Shown in pieces: positions 10,092 to 19,541 of a DNA stretch of 64,000 bases. The translations under genes were made by a program, and so were the position numbers. A model generated the notes under the pieces. It had not been told where the DNA came from. It worked only from the letters and a program-made list of their open reading frames with translations, and did not search any database. Each line of letters opens with the position of its first letter. The first letter of the stretch is position 1. Origin of the DNA: Nitrospirota bacterium (lineage in GTDB: Bacteria > Nitrospirota > UBA9217); the NCBI GenBank assembly GCA_963818475.1, contig CAWFSF010000006.1, positions 1,696,001-1,760,000 on the forward strand, written 5' to 3'.

Positions 10092-10279
10092 GGTCGCTGC
10101 GCTCCATTGGAAATTGAAGATTGGAAATTTTAAATTTGCAATGCTCTCACTTTTTATCATCGTGACAATGGATCAGACGAATCAGATTGATACTCAACTG
10201 ACGATCATTACGCCGTCCATTTTAAAATTTCCAATCTTCAATTTCCAATCTTCAATCCGACACGCCCCGCGTGTCGGCC
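10092..10279. repeat. inverted heptamer-array element upstream of the four-helix-bundle gene
   Basis: GC hairpin CCGACACGC..GCGTGTCGG, then (ATTGAAG ATTGGAA)x2, a spacer, and the complementary arm ending GGAGCGCAGCGACC-ATG. Confidence 0.85.
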
Positions 10280-11197
10280 CTATTTCCCCATCATGATATG
10301 CGTCACCAGCGAAAGGAATGCGAGAACAAATGCTCCGCCGAGAATGGACGGCAGCTGAAAAAATCTCACCTTTGCCCGCGTCGACTCCACAACCGCCATC
10401 GCGATGCAGAGGCCGAGCATCTTGAGAGCATAGATGCCGGCAGGCAGGGCGAGCGCGCCGGCGCCAGTTGCCTGTGCAATGCCCACCGGGAGGAAGATGT
10501 CGATCGCCAGCGTGAACAGGACCATCTGTTTTATATAATGCGCCCATTCCATGAGCGCAAGGTATCGTCCCGAGTATTCGAGGATCATGCCCTCATGGAT
10601 CATGGTGAGCTCCAGATGGGTGTCGGGATTATCCACCGGCACCCTCCCGGTCTCCGCGGTGATCGCAACCATCAGGGCTGCAAGCGCCAGCAGATGCGAC
10701 GGAGAGTACAGCGCACGCTGCGCATCTGCTATGCGGGCAATGTTCGTTGAACCGGCGGTAATGGCCGCTGTAAAAAGTGCGAGCATCATCATCGGCTCTA
10801 CCAGGATCGCCACCGTCATCTCCCGGCTGCTCCCCTCGCCCCCGAAGACGGTGCCGGCATCAAGCCCGGCAAGGGCCATAAAGAACCGCCCCAGCGCAAA
10901 GACAGCGATGAGGGCAATGACATCTCCCATCATGCTGAAGACCGACTGCGTCGTAAGAACCGGGACGAGCAGGGCTGCGGCGGCGGCAGACGTAAAAACG
11001 ATGTACGGCGTGGCCGTGAAGATCCACGAAGTCACGCTGGAGACAACCATGCCCTTCTTGAACAGACGCAGCAGATCATAGTAGGGCTGCAGCACGCCGG
11101 CACCGATCCTGCCCTGCATGTTCGCCTTCAGCTTCTTGATCACCCCGTTCACGAGGGGCGAGAAGAAGATGACTATGAGAAACTGAAAATATTCCAT
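10280..11197 (-). CDS. hyfC: HyfC-like subunit, cluster B
   Basis: QPYYDLLRLF, GSSRE and AETGRVPVDNPDTHLELTMIHE motifs. Confidence 0.9.
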   Translation of the reverse strand: MEYFQFLIVIFFSPLVNGVIKKLKANMQGRIGAGVLQPYYDLLRLFKKGMVVSSVTSWIFTATPYIVFTSAAAAALLVPVLTTQSVFSMMGDVIALIAVFALGRFFMALAGLDAGTVFGGEGSSREMTVAILVEPMMMLALFTAAITAGSTNIARIADAQRALYSPSHLLALAALMVAITAETGRVPVDNPDTHLELTMIHEGMILEYSGRYLALMEWAHYIKQMVLFTLAIDIFLPVGIAQATGAGALALPAGIYALKMLGLCIAMAVVESTRAKVRFFQLPSILGGAFVLAFLSLVTHIMMGK

Positions 11198-11266
11198 AGA
11201 GTCTGTACACGAGAGTCCTGAGCTAATTGCTATTAAAAATCCATGTAAAAAGGCCAAACAATTATC

Positions 11267-11366
11267 GCCACGAAGGCACGAAGACACAAAGAAATTCCTT
11301 ACGATTTATGATTTATAAAACCTTTAAAGAGCCAGGCCTCTCTTCGAGTCTTCGTGCCTTCGTGGC
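11267..11366. repeat. 9-mer-unit palindrome
   Basis: GCCACGAAGGCACGAAGACACAAAG...CTTCGAGTCTTCGTGCCTTCGTGGC. Confidence 0.8.
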
Positions 11367-11388
11367 AAATTGGTACGGTTTGTCCCAG

Positions 11389-13380
11389 TTACGTGCCAAA
11401 TATCAACAAAACGATCAGCGTAATCAAAATATACCCGAGATACAGCTGCAGGCTGCCGGACTGGAGCAGCTTCACTTTACCTGCAGCGGCGTGCACAGCG
11501 CGTGTCACCGGATCATAGACGTATCGTTCGAAGAAAGGCGTGATCTCGCCGCCGTAGTGAATGGACCGCACGAAGAAAGGCTTGATGATATACGAAACCT
11601 TCATATCACGGCTCGGGAGATAGATGCGTTTGTAGATGATCCTGAGCGGTTTGGTAAATGCCGTGGCCGTGTACTGCATGCGCGGCGTTAGCCCGCGGAT
11701 GCCGCAATCCCATGAGTCAGCGTACACGGTCTTTTTCCTGCTGCCCGCGAACCTCACGAAAAAAACGGCCCCGATGAAGATCAGCAGCATGACCCCGGCA
11801 AGCGCAGCGGTCGAGAGCGATGCCGCACCACCGGGAGTTATCAGGATGCCCTGCTGGTCCAGTTCTACCGGGGAGCCCGTAATGGCAAATACTGCGGGAG
11901 AGACCAGCGAAACAGGAATGCTCGGGAAAAGACCGAAGAGAATGCACAGAAGCGCAAGGAGCGCCATACCAGCGATCATCCATGTCGATGATTCCCGAGC
12001 TTCGGTTGCGTGCTCGCTCCGCGCCATGCCGAGGAAGGTTGTGCCGAAGGTCTTGACAAACCCGGCGGCAACGATCGCTCCGGTAAGCGCCAGAGCCGCT
12101 CCTCCCAAGGGCGAAACGATCTTTGCAAGAACGGATGAAGACTTGAAACCGAGCAGGAGCGACTGGTAGGTGAGCCACTCGCTCACGAACCCGTTCAGCG
12201 GCGGAAGGGCCGTTATGGCGAGGGCGCCCACGAGGAACAGAGCACCCGTCCAGGGCATGGTCTTCAGGAGCCCGCCCAGTTTCTCCATGTTCCGCGTCCG
12301 TGCGGCGCTTACGACCGACCCCGCTCCCAGGAACAGGAGGCTCTTGAAGAGGGCGTGGTTCACGGCGTGGTAAAGCGCAGCCGCAAGGGCAAAGCTTGAC
12401 AAAGCAAGCATCCCGCTGCTCCGGAACATCATGGATGCTCCGATGCCCAGCAGGATGATACCCACATTCTCCACGCTCGAGTAGGCGAGAAAGACCTTGA
12501 GATCGTTCTCCATGATCGCGTAGAGGATGCCCAGGACCGCCGAGCTCGCGCCGACCACGATGACCGTAATCCCCCACCACTCGGGCCCCGCTCCCAGCAC
12601 GTCCAGGGCGATCCGAAGAAAGCCGTACACTGCGGTCTTGATCATGACGCCGGACATGAGGGGTGTGATGTTCGAAGGCGCAACCGGATAGGCCCGGGGG
12701 ATCCAGGTATGGAGCGGGATGATGCCCGCCTTGGTGCCGAAGCCGATGAGCGCGAAGATGAATACCAGAGATCTGACGTCCTGCGGAAGCGCTGCTGCAG
12801 CGGCGCGCATGGACGAGAACTCCATGCTGCCGGTGTAATGATACAGCACGAGGAAGAGAACGATGATGAAGGCCGTTCCGATGTGGGTCATCACTACGGT
12901 AAACAGGCCTGCTTTTGCCGACTCTGCATTCCGGTCGAAGACCACGAGAAAATAGGCGGCCACTGCCATGGTTTCCCAGCATACCAGAAAGGTTATGATG
13001 TTCGCCGAAAGGACCACACCGTACATGCTGAGAACGAGGATGTTATAGAAGAACCCCAGGTAGCCGGCGTTCCTGATCCCTCGGGTAAAACCGATGGAGT
13101 AAAAAGAGACAGCGATGGTGATAAGGGATATGAGGACGACAAAGAAGCCCGAGAGCGCGTCGCAGGAGAAGGCAAAACTGAAGATCGAGGTTATGGGGAT
13201 TGTCGTGCCGATAAAAGGCGGAGTAAAGAGAAGATACCCGCCTGCAGCGAGAAAGAGGAGTGCGCCTGTCGTGGAGAAGAGATAGCTGAAGTTTCGTACT
13301 TTCGAGAGCGGGAGCTGTGAAGCGACTGCGCCGGAAAGAAAAAAGATAATGCCCAGAGATAATATATTTGCAACGTCCAT
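11389..13380 (-). CDS. hyfB: HyfB-like subunit, cluster B
   Basis: KAGIIPLHTW, AYSSVEN, PPLNGFVSEW, WDCG and RMQYTA motifs; 663 aa. Confidence 0.9.
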   Translation of the reverse strand: MDVANILSLGIIFFLSGAVASQLPLSKVRNFSYLFSTTGALLFLAAGGYLLFTPPFIGTTIPITSIFSFAFSCDALSGFFVVLISLITIAVSFYSIGFTRGIRNAGYLGFFYNILVLSMYGVVLSANIITFLVCWETMAVAAYFLVVFDRNAESAKAGLFTVVMTHIGTAFIIVLFLVLYHYTGSMEFSSMRAAAAALPQDVRSLVFIFALIGFGTKAGIIPLHTWIPRAYPVAPSNITPLMSGVMIKTAVYGFLRIALDVLGAGPEWWGITVIVVGASSAVLGILYAIMENDLKVFLAYSSVENVGIILLGIGASMMFRSSGMLALSSFALAAALYHAVNHALFKSLLFLGAGSVVSAARTRNMEKLGGLLKTMPWTGALFLVGALAITALPPLNGFVSEWLTYQSLLLGFKSSSVLAKIVSPLGGAALALTGAIVAAGFVKTFGTTFLGMARSEHATEARESSTWMIAGMALLALLCILFGLFPSIPVSLVSPAVFAITGSPVELDQQGILITPGGAASLSTAALAGVMLLIFIGAVFFVRFAGSRKKTVYADSWDCGIRGLTPRMQYTATAFTKPLRIIYKRIYLPSRDMKVSYIIKPFFVRSIHYGGEITPFFERYVYDPVTRAVHAAAGKVKLLQSGSLQLYLGYILITLIVLLIFGT

Positions 13381-13512
13381 GTTTTAAAGACTACGCAGAG
13401 CCTGACGGACCATGCCGCCGGGCATTGCGAAGAATCTCGATTTTCAAAGTTCGACGACCGTGGTGCTGCCAAGTTGGTCCCAGGCCGTGATGCCGAAAAA
13501 CAAAAGCGAGCA

Positions 13513-13542
13513 AATGTACAACAACTTGGCGTGTTCTGTCAA
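13513..13542 (-). promoter_or_regulatory. candidate sigma70 promoter for clusters B and A
   Basis: TTGACA-18 nt-TACATT with TG just before the -10, about 130 nt upstream of hyfB. Confidence 0.5.
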
Positions 13543-13681
13543 GGTGAAAATGCCCGTTTGCGATCTGTGCCTCAAATTTTATTTGCAATATTTATCCTTT
13601 GTGTATATTATCATTTGCGTTGCCAACTATTTACCATAACGAGCCCGGCCTTTTTCCGGAAATTATCCTGAAGGAGTTCTT

Positions 13682-14170
13682 ATGGCCCAAAAAACAGCTA
13701 TGGTCGCGGAAATCGTCGACAACCTGAGGCGTGTTTTTCAGGTGGTGAACGAGCAAGCGAAAAAGGCGGAGCTCAAAACCGGGCTTACCGGTCCGCAGCT
13801 CTGGGCGATCAAAGTCATATCCAAGGAATCGCCGATCATGGTTTCCGATATTGCACGCCGCATGTACCTTCACCCCGCGACCGTGGTCGGGATCCTCGAC
13901 CGCCTCGAACTCCAGGGCCTTGTCACGCGAGTCCGTTCTCTGACGGATCGCAGAATTGTACACCTCGAGTTAACCGCGAAAGGGCAGGCCTTGGTGAATA
14001 AATCTCCTGAAGTCGCCACAGGCACCCTGGTCGCAGGGCTTGAGAAGCTGTCTGTGATCGAACTCAAGGGCATCTCGGGCGGCATGGAACGGATCGTAAA
14101 AATTCTCGGCGCACAGGGGATCCCGCCGCAGCTCATTCATTCGCCGGGAGTAAATACGCCTTCGGAATAA
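13682..14170 (+). CDS. MarR-family transcriptional regulator
   Basis: GLTGPQLWAI, HTH, LDRLELQGLVTR and DRR wing motif; AAGGAG RBS. Confidence 0.92.
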   Translation: MAQKTAMVAEIVDNLRRVFQVVNEQAKKAELKTGLTGPQLWAIKVISKESPIMVSDIARRMYLHPATVVGILDRLELQGLVTRVRSLTDRRIVHLELTAKGQALVNKSPEVATGTLVAGLEKLSVIELKGISGGMERIVKILGAQGIPPQLIHSPGVNTPSE

Positions 14171-14249
14171 ACAGCCCTTACGGAAACGAGTATGGTAGCC
14201 GCAAGAGTGCGGTGTTGGGCCGGCGTTGAGTGATCATATCTCTTCATCC

Positions 14250-14407
14250 CAACCCGGACAAACCGGAAAACAGTTTAGCCACAAAAGTCACAAAGAACAC
14301 AAAGGAAAACGAAAACCATAACAGTTTTTAACACATTCCAGCTTTTCTCTGTGCCCTTTGTGCTTTCTGTGGCAAAATATTCTTGCCATTTTGAGTTGAA
14401 TTTGATT
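14250..14407. repeat. composite repeat: conserved outer frame with an inner 9-mer palindrome (14278-14373)
   Basis: Outer ends match 56411-56574. Confidence 0.75.
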
Positions 14408-14435
14408 CTTGAGTAACTACCCAGGAGTACCGGCA

Positions 14436-16475
14436 ATGCCCGAAGGATTGGAAATGCTCTCCGGACTGTTCATCGCTTCGATCGTTCTGCTCGCGATCGC
14501 CGGATTGCTGCCGCTTTTCTTCCCGCGTTCGAAGCGGCTCGCGGCATTATCCTTCTCAATAGGCGTGCTCGCCGGAATGGTGCTCGCGGTTTTCTCCATC
14601 GGCGCGCTGCTGAACAACGTGCCGCTCAGATTCGAGTTGCCCGCGGGCCTCTTCCCGCCCGAGCCTCCGGCATTCGTGATCGACGCGCTCTCTGCCTTTT
14701 TCTGCCTCATCCTTTCCATCCTGCTGACCGCGATCTCGCTCTATTCGATCCGCTACCTGGACCATTACGACGGCACCCCCGTCGGGGTCCTGGCCGGGTT
14801 CTTTCACTTCATCGCCCTCTCCATACTGATGATTTTCTCGGCAGACAACAGCTTCCAGTTCCTGATCGCCTGGGAGCTGATGACGCTCTTCGCCTTTTTC
14901 CTCGTGGTGTATGAATACCGGAAGGAGCAGGCCGTGCGCGCGGGCGTGTACTACCTCAGCGTGACCCATTTCGGCACCCTGTTCCTGATCGCCATGTTCA
15001 TCCTCCTGCAGAAGTTCTCCGGGACCATGCTCTTTTCCCAGACCGCCGCTCAGCTCGGGAACTTCCCGCGCTGGTCGCTCACCTTCGTTTTCATCGCTTC
15101 GCTCGTCGGCTTCGGATGCAAGGCGGGCGTTTTCCCGTTCCATATCTGGCTGCCGCTGGCCCACCCGGTGGCGCCGTCGAACGTGTCGGCGTTCATGTCG
15201 GGCCTGCTGATCAAAACGGGGATCTACGGCCTGCTCAGGATCCTGCTGATCGTCCATGGCTCGGCGGAGCTGTGGTGGGGCGTTCTGCTGCTCGTGGTCG
15301 CATCGGTCTCGGCCCTGCTCGGCATCATGTATGCGCTCATGGAACACGATCTCAAGCGGCTGCTCGCCTACTCCAGCATCGAGAACATCGGGATCATCCT
15401 GATCGGCGTGGCCATGGCCTTGATCTTCAGCGCCTCCGGCATGCCCGTGCTCGCCGGGTTCGCCCTCACCGCCGGGCTCTTCCACACACTGAACCATGCG
15501 GTGTTCAAGGCGCTCCTCTTCCTCGGCGCGGGCGGCGTGCACAGCGTGACGCATACGCGGGACATGGAGAAACTGGGCGGCCTCGCCCGGCTCATGCCCT
15601 GGACCGCGGCCGCGTTCCTGGTCGGCGCGCTCTCCATCTCGGCCATCCCGCCGCTCAGCGGTTTTGTGAGCGAATGGATGTCCTTTGTTTCGATCATCCA
15701 GGTCTACCGGATCGATCAGGTGCCGCAGGTTCTCCGGATCACCGTCCCCCTGGCGGGCGCCATGCTTGCGCTCACCGGCGCGCTTGCAGCAGCCTGCTTC
15801 GTGAAGGTCTACGGCATCGTCTTCCTCGGCACGCCGCGCTCCGAAAAGGCCCTGACGGCGAACGAACTGCCGGTCCCCATGCGGCTGGCGCAGCTCCTGC
15901 TTGCCCTGGTATGTATCGTGACCGGGGCGTTCCCGTTCCTCGTGATCAACGCCACCCGGGACATCCGAACGGCCTTCTTCGGGCCCGATGCGCTCATCGC
16001 GGCGGGTCCCCGGTTCCTTGCCGCGCCCGGCGACGCGGGTTCCATCTCGACGCTCGCGGTGTTCGGCGCGTTATTCCTCTTCCTGGCGCTCGGGCTGCTC
16101 CTTACGCGTGCCTTTGGGAAGGGAAGAACATCTGAAAATATCACCTGGGCCTGCGGCGGTGAGGCAGGCGGCAGGCACCAGTACACGGCAACGGGATTTT
16201 CGAAACCGATCCGCAGGATCTTCAGCGCCCTCTACCAGCCCAAAAAACAGATCGTCGTGGATACGACCGCCGAGAACAAATACCAGATCCGGTCCATCAA
16301 GTTCCACGGCATGACGCAGAACGTCTTTGAACGTTACCTCTATCTCCCGCTCATCGACGTGGCCAACAAGCTCTCCCGGAAGGTCCTCGCCGGGCAGGAA
16401 GGCAACATCAACGGCTACCTGGCCTACATCTTCCTGCTGTTCATCCTGATGCTGCTCGCGGGAGGCGCGCGATGA
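14436..16475 (+). CDS. hyfB: HyfB-like subunit, cluster C
   Basis: KAGVFPFHIWLPLAHPVAPS, LKRLLAYSSIEN, WACG and QYTA motifs; AGGAG RBS before ATG 14436. Confidence 0.9.
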   Translation: MPEGLEMLSGLFIASIVLLAIAGLLPLFFPRSKRLAALSFSIGVLAGMVLAVFSIGALLNNVPLRFELPAGLFPPEPPAFVIDALSAFFCLILSILLTAISLYSIRYLDHYDGTPVGVLAGFFHFIALSILMIFSADNSFQFLIAWELMTLFAFFLVVYEYRKEQAVRAGVYYLSVTHFGTLFLIAMFILLQKFSGTMLFSQTAAQLGNFPRWSLTFVFIASLVGFGCKAGVFPFHIWLPLAHPVAPSNVSAFMSGLLIKTGIYGLLRILLIVHGSAELWWGVLLLVVASVSALLGIMYALMEHDLKRLLAYSSIENIGIILIGVAMALIFSASGMPVLAGFALTAGLFHTLNHAVFKALLFLGAGGVHSVTHTRDMEKLGGLARLMPWTAAAFLVGALSISAIPPLSGFVSEWMSFVSIIQVYRIDQVPQVLRITVPLAGAMLALTGALAAACFVKVYGIVFLGTPRSEKALTANELPVPMRLAQLLLALVCIVTGAFPFLVINATRDIRTAFFGPDALIAAGPRFLAAPGDAGSISTLAVFGALFLFLALGLLLTRAFGKGRTSENITWACGGEAGGRHQYTATGFSKPIRRIFSALYQPKKQIVVDTTAENKYQIRSIKFHGMTQNVFERYLYLPLIDVANKLSRKVLAGQEGNINGYLAYIFLLFILMLLAGGAR

Positions 16476-17431
16476 TTGTTCTCGTTCTGCTCAGTACGCT
16501 CCAGGTCCTGACGCTGCTTTTGGTGGGACCGTTGTTTGCGAACTTCATCAGGATCGTCCATGCCCGGCTCCAGGGAAGGCAGGGGCCGCCGCTTTTGCAG
16601 GGACACTACGATATTTTCAAGCTGCTGCAGAAGGACCGCATCTATTCGGTCCGGTCGTCCTTCGTGACGCGCATCACGCCGGCGATCAACTTCGCCGCGG
16701 TCTGCGTCGCTGCTCTGATGGTCCCGGTGCTCAGCACGACGGTCCCCTTCCATTTCGCCGGCGACTTCATCGTATTCATCTACCTCTTCGGCCTGGCGCG
16801 TTTTTTAACGGCGCTCACCGGGCTTGACGCGGGCTCCACCTTCGGCGGCATGGCCTCGAGCCGCGAAATGACCCTCTCGTCTTTGGCCGAGCCGGCGATC
16901 CTGCTCGGGTTCATCGTGATCTCGACCGCGGCCGGGAGCATGGACATCTCGGTCATGACAGCCCAACTCATCCACCTGCCCGGCAAGTACGTGAATCCCT
17001 TTTTCATCCTGACGCTCCTTTCCTTTTCCATCGTCATCATGGCCGAGAACGGCAGGGTGCCCTTCGACAATCCCGCGACGCACCTGGAGCTCACCATGGT
17101 CCATGAGGGCATGGTGCTTGAACTTTCCGGCAGGGACCTCGGCGTCTTCCAGTGGGCGCACGCGTCGCGGCTCCTGGCGCTCACGGTCGTGGCCTTGGAC
17201 GTCTTTTTCCCCTTCGGCCTCGCAACGGAAGTGACAACCTACGCTCTGATGATCTCGCTCGGCGCATTACTCCTGAAACTCTTCATCGCCGCTGTTGTTA
17301 TAGCATACGTCGAGACCGCGAACGCCAAGTACCGCCTCTTCCGCCTTCCCGATCTGCTTACCCTGGCTTTCGTGTTCTCGCTCATTGCGCTGATCGCCTA
17401 CTATGCTACGGAGGTGGCCGGTGCCCGTTGA
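16472..17431 (+). CDS. hyfC: HyfC-like subunit, cluster C
   Basis: SSRE and AENGRVPFDNPATHLELTMVHE motifs; ATGA overlap. Confidence 0.9.
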   Translation: MIVLVLLSTLQVLTLLLVGPLFANFIRIVHARLQGRQGPPLLQGHYDIFKLLQKDRIYSVRSSFVTRITPAINFAAVCVAALMVPVLSTTVPFHFAGDFIVFIYLFGLARFLTALTGLDAGSTFGGMASSREMTLSSLAEPAILLGFIVISTAAGSMDISVMTAQLIHLPGKYVNPFFILTLLSFSIVIMAENGRVPFDNPATHLELTMVHEGMVLELSGRDLGVFQWAHASRLLALTVVALDVFFPFGLATEVTTYALMISLGALLLKLFIAAVVIAYVETANAKYRLFRLPDLLTLAFVFSLIALIAYYATEVAGAR

Positions 17432-18078
17432 TATCCTGCTGGAATCGCGTTTGATCAACCTGATCTATGTCTTCGCCCTGGCCGTGGTTATCTGGGCCGT
17501 GGCGAGTTCGGGCATCCCGTCGATGATCCGTCTCTTCGGGCTCCAGTCCTTTCTGCTCGCCTGCGGCACGGCGCTCATCGCCCGCGTGGCCAAGTGAACC
17601 GCACATGTTCTACGCGTCCCTGTTCACGATCGTGTTCAAGGTCATACTGATCCCGCTGGTGCTGACCTACATCATGAACCGGCTCAAGATCAGGAAGGAG
17701 ATCGAGGACTTCATCAACATTCCCTCGGCCCTCATCGTCTGCTCGATCCTGACGATCATCGCCTACGCCGTGACCCTGCGCGTGATCCAGGCAAAGGCAA
17801 CCTTCAACGTGGCCGGCGTGTTCGCCGTGGCCGTCGCGATCATGCTGATCGGTTTTTTCATCATGGTAAACCGGAAGAAGACCCTGACCCAGATCATCGG
17901 CCTCATGTTCGTCGAGAACGGCGTGTTCCTGGCCGCCGTGGCCATGACTTACGGGATGCCGCTGCTCGTCGAGTTCGGCATCTTCTTTGACGTGTTCGTG
18001 GCCATCCTCATCATGGGGATCATGCTGTTCAAGATCTGGGACACCCTTTCGGACATGGACTACAAGGAGAATCTGTGA
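17421..18078 (+). CDS. hyfE: HyfE-like subunit, cluster C; frameshift near 17593
   Basis: GGAGG RBS plus GTG; QIIGLMFVENG and YGMPLLVEFG motifs. Confidence 0.82.
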
Positions 18079-19541
18079 CGGCCTTCGAGACCCTGCTTAT
18101 CATCCCCGGCACGCTGGCCCTGCTTTCGATCGCCCTGCCGTGGCGGCGCGTCGTCAACGTCGTGAACGTCAGCGGGTACCTGGCCTACGGGGTCGTGACC
18201 GCGCTCCTGGTCCGGTCCCATCTCTCGGGGCTTGATGGACGCGCAACCGGGCCCTTTCATCACGACGCCCTGACGCTGCTCATCCTCATGATCATCGCCC
18301 TCGTGGGCTTTGCCGGCGTGCTCTATTCGGCGTCCTTTATCGCCGATAAGATCAAACGGCACAGTCTCGGTCCGGGCAAATACCGCAAGTACTTCGCGCT
18401 GTACAACCTGCTGTTCTTCGCCATGACCCTCCTGGTGCTGGCGGACAACATCGGCGTCATGTGGGTGTCCATCGAGGCCACGACCCTGGCGTCGGCGCTT
18501 TTGGTCAGCTTCGACAACCGGCGGGAATCGGTGGAAGCGGCCTGGCGGTATCTCCTGATCTGCTCCATCGGCATCGCCTTCGCGCTCTTCGGCACGGTCC
18601 TCACCTACTATGCATCGAGCCAGGCAGCAGGGCCCGAGAGCGGGAGCCTGAGCTGGAGAACGCTCTTGGGAAGCGCCGCCACGATCGATCCCGCGTCCAT
18701 GAAATTCGCCTTCCTGTTCCTGCTGCTGGGCTACGGCACCAAGGCCGGGCTCGTTCCGATGGCACGGTGGAAACCACAGACCTACGGCGAGGCGCCGTCC
18801 CCGGTCAGCGCCGTGCTCGCCGGCGCGCTCGTGGCCTGCTCGCTCTACACCCTCGTACGCTTCGCGGTCCTCTGCGGCGCCGTGCTCGGCGCGGCCACGG
18901 TCAGCCGCTACCTCATTTTCTTCGGCATCATTTCCGTTGCCTTCTCCGTGCCGCTCATCATCGCCGAGAACGACGTAAAGCGGGTCTTCGCCTACTCGAG
19001 CATCGAGCACGTGGGGATCATCACGGTCGGGCTCGGCTTCGGGACCTTCTTCGGCATCTACGGCGCGCTGCTCCACATCCTGAACAACTCGGTCATGAAG
19101 ACCGCGCTCTTTTTGTCGGCAGGCAACCTGGTGAGCGCCACCGGCGAGAAGGACGTGCGAAGGCTGTCGTGCATGATCAAGAGCACGCCGCTCATGACGA
19201 TCGGGTTCCTTGCGGCAGTCGTGGCGGTGACCGCCATGCCGCCGTTCTCGCTCTTCCTGTCCGAGTTCAATATCATCCGGGGCGGCATCCAGTCCGGCAG
19301 CTACCTGGCCGTGGGGGTCCTGATGCTCGCGCTCTTTCTGGTGTTCACCGCGTTCTACGTGAAGTTCTCCAAGGTCGCCTTCGGGGACGAGTGCCGGGCT
19401 GACTCGCGGCCGGTGGCGCTGATCCAGCAGATCATCCCGGTGGTGTTGCTCGTTCCGATGCTGCTGTTCGGTTTTTACATACCCTCTCCGCTCCACCGCC
19501 TCCTGGTCGAAGCGGCCGGTTTGTTCGGGGTGAAACCATGA
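18075..19541 (+). CDS. hyfF: HyfF-like subunit, cluster C
   Basis: EATT, EAAWRY, GYGTKAGL and AYSSIEHVG motifs. Confidence 0.88.
   Translation: MTAFETLLIIPGTLALLSIALPWRRVVNVVNVSGYLAYGVVTALLVRSHLSGLDGRATGPFHHDALTLLILMIIALVGFAGVLYSASFIADKIKRHSLGPGKYRKYFALYNLLFFAMTLLVLADNIGVMWVSIEATTLASALLVSFDNRRESVEAAWRYLLICSIGIAFALFGTVLTYYASSQAAGPESGSLSWRTLLGSAATIDPASMKFAFLFLLLGYGTKAGLVPMARWKPQTYGEAPSPVSAVLAGALVACSLYTLVRFAVLCGAVLGAATVSRYLIFFGIISVAFSVPLIIAENDVKRVFAYSSIEHVGIITVGLGFGTFFGIYGALLHILNNSVMKTALFLSAGNLVSATGEKDVRRLSCMIKSTPLMTIGFLAAVVAVTAMPPFSLFLSEFNIIRGGIQSGSYLAVGVLMLALFLVFTAFYVKFSKVAFGDECRADSRPVALIQQIIPVVLLVPMLLFGFYIPSPLHRLLVEAAGLFGVKP

Noticed and set aside
17595-17604. TGA in hyfE-C as a selenocysteine codon, given selAB nearby
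   Set aside because: The downstream half (ATG 17605) is out of frame with the TGA; removing one A restores the frame. I found no convincing Sec codon in the window.
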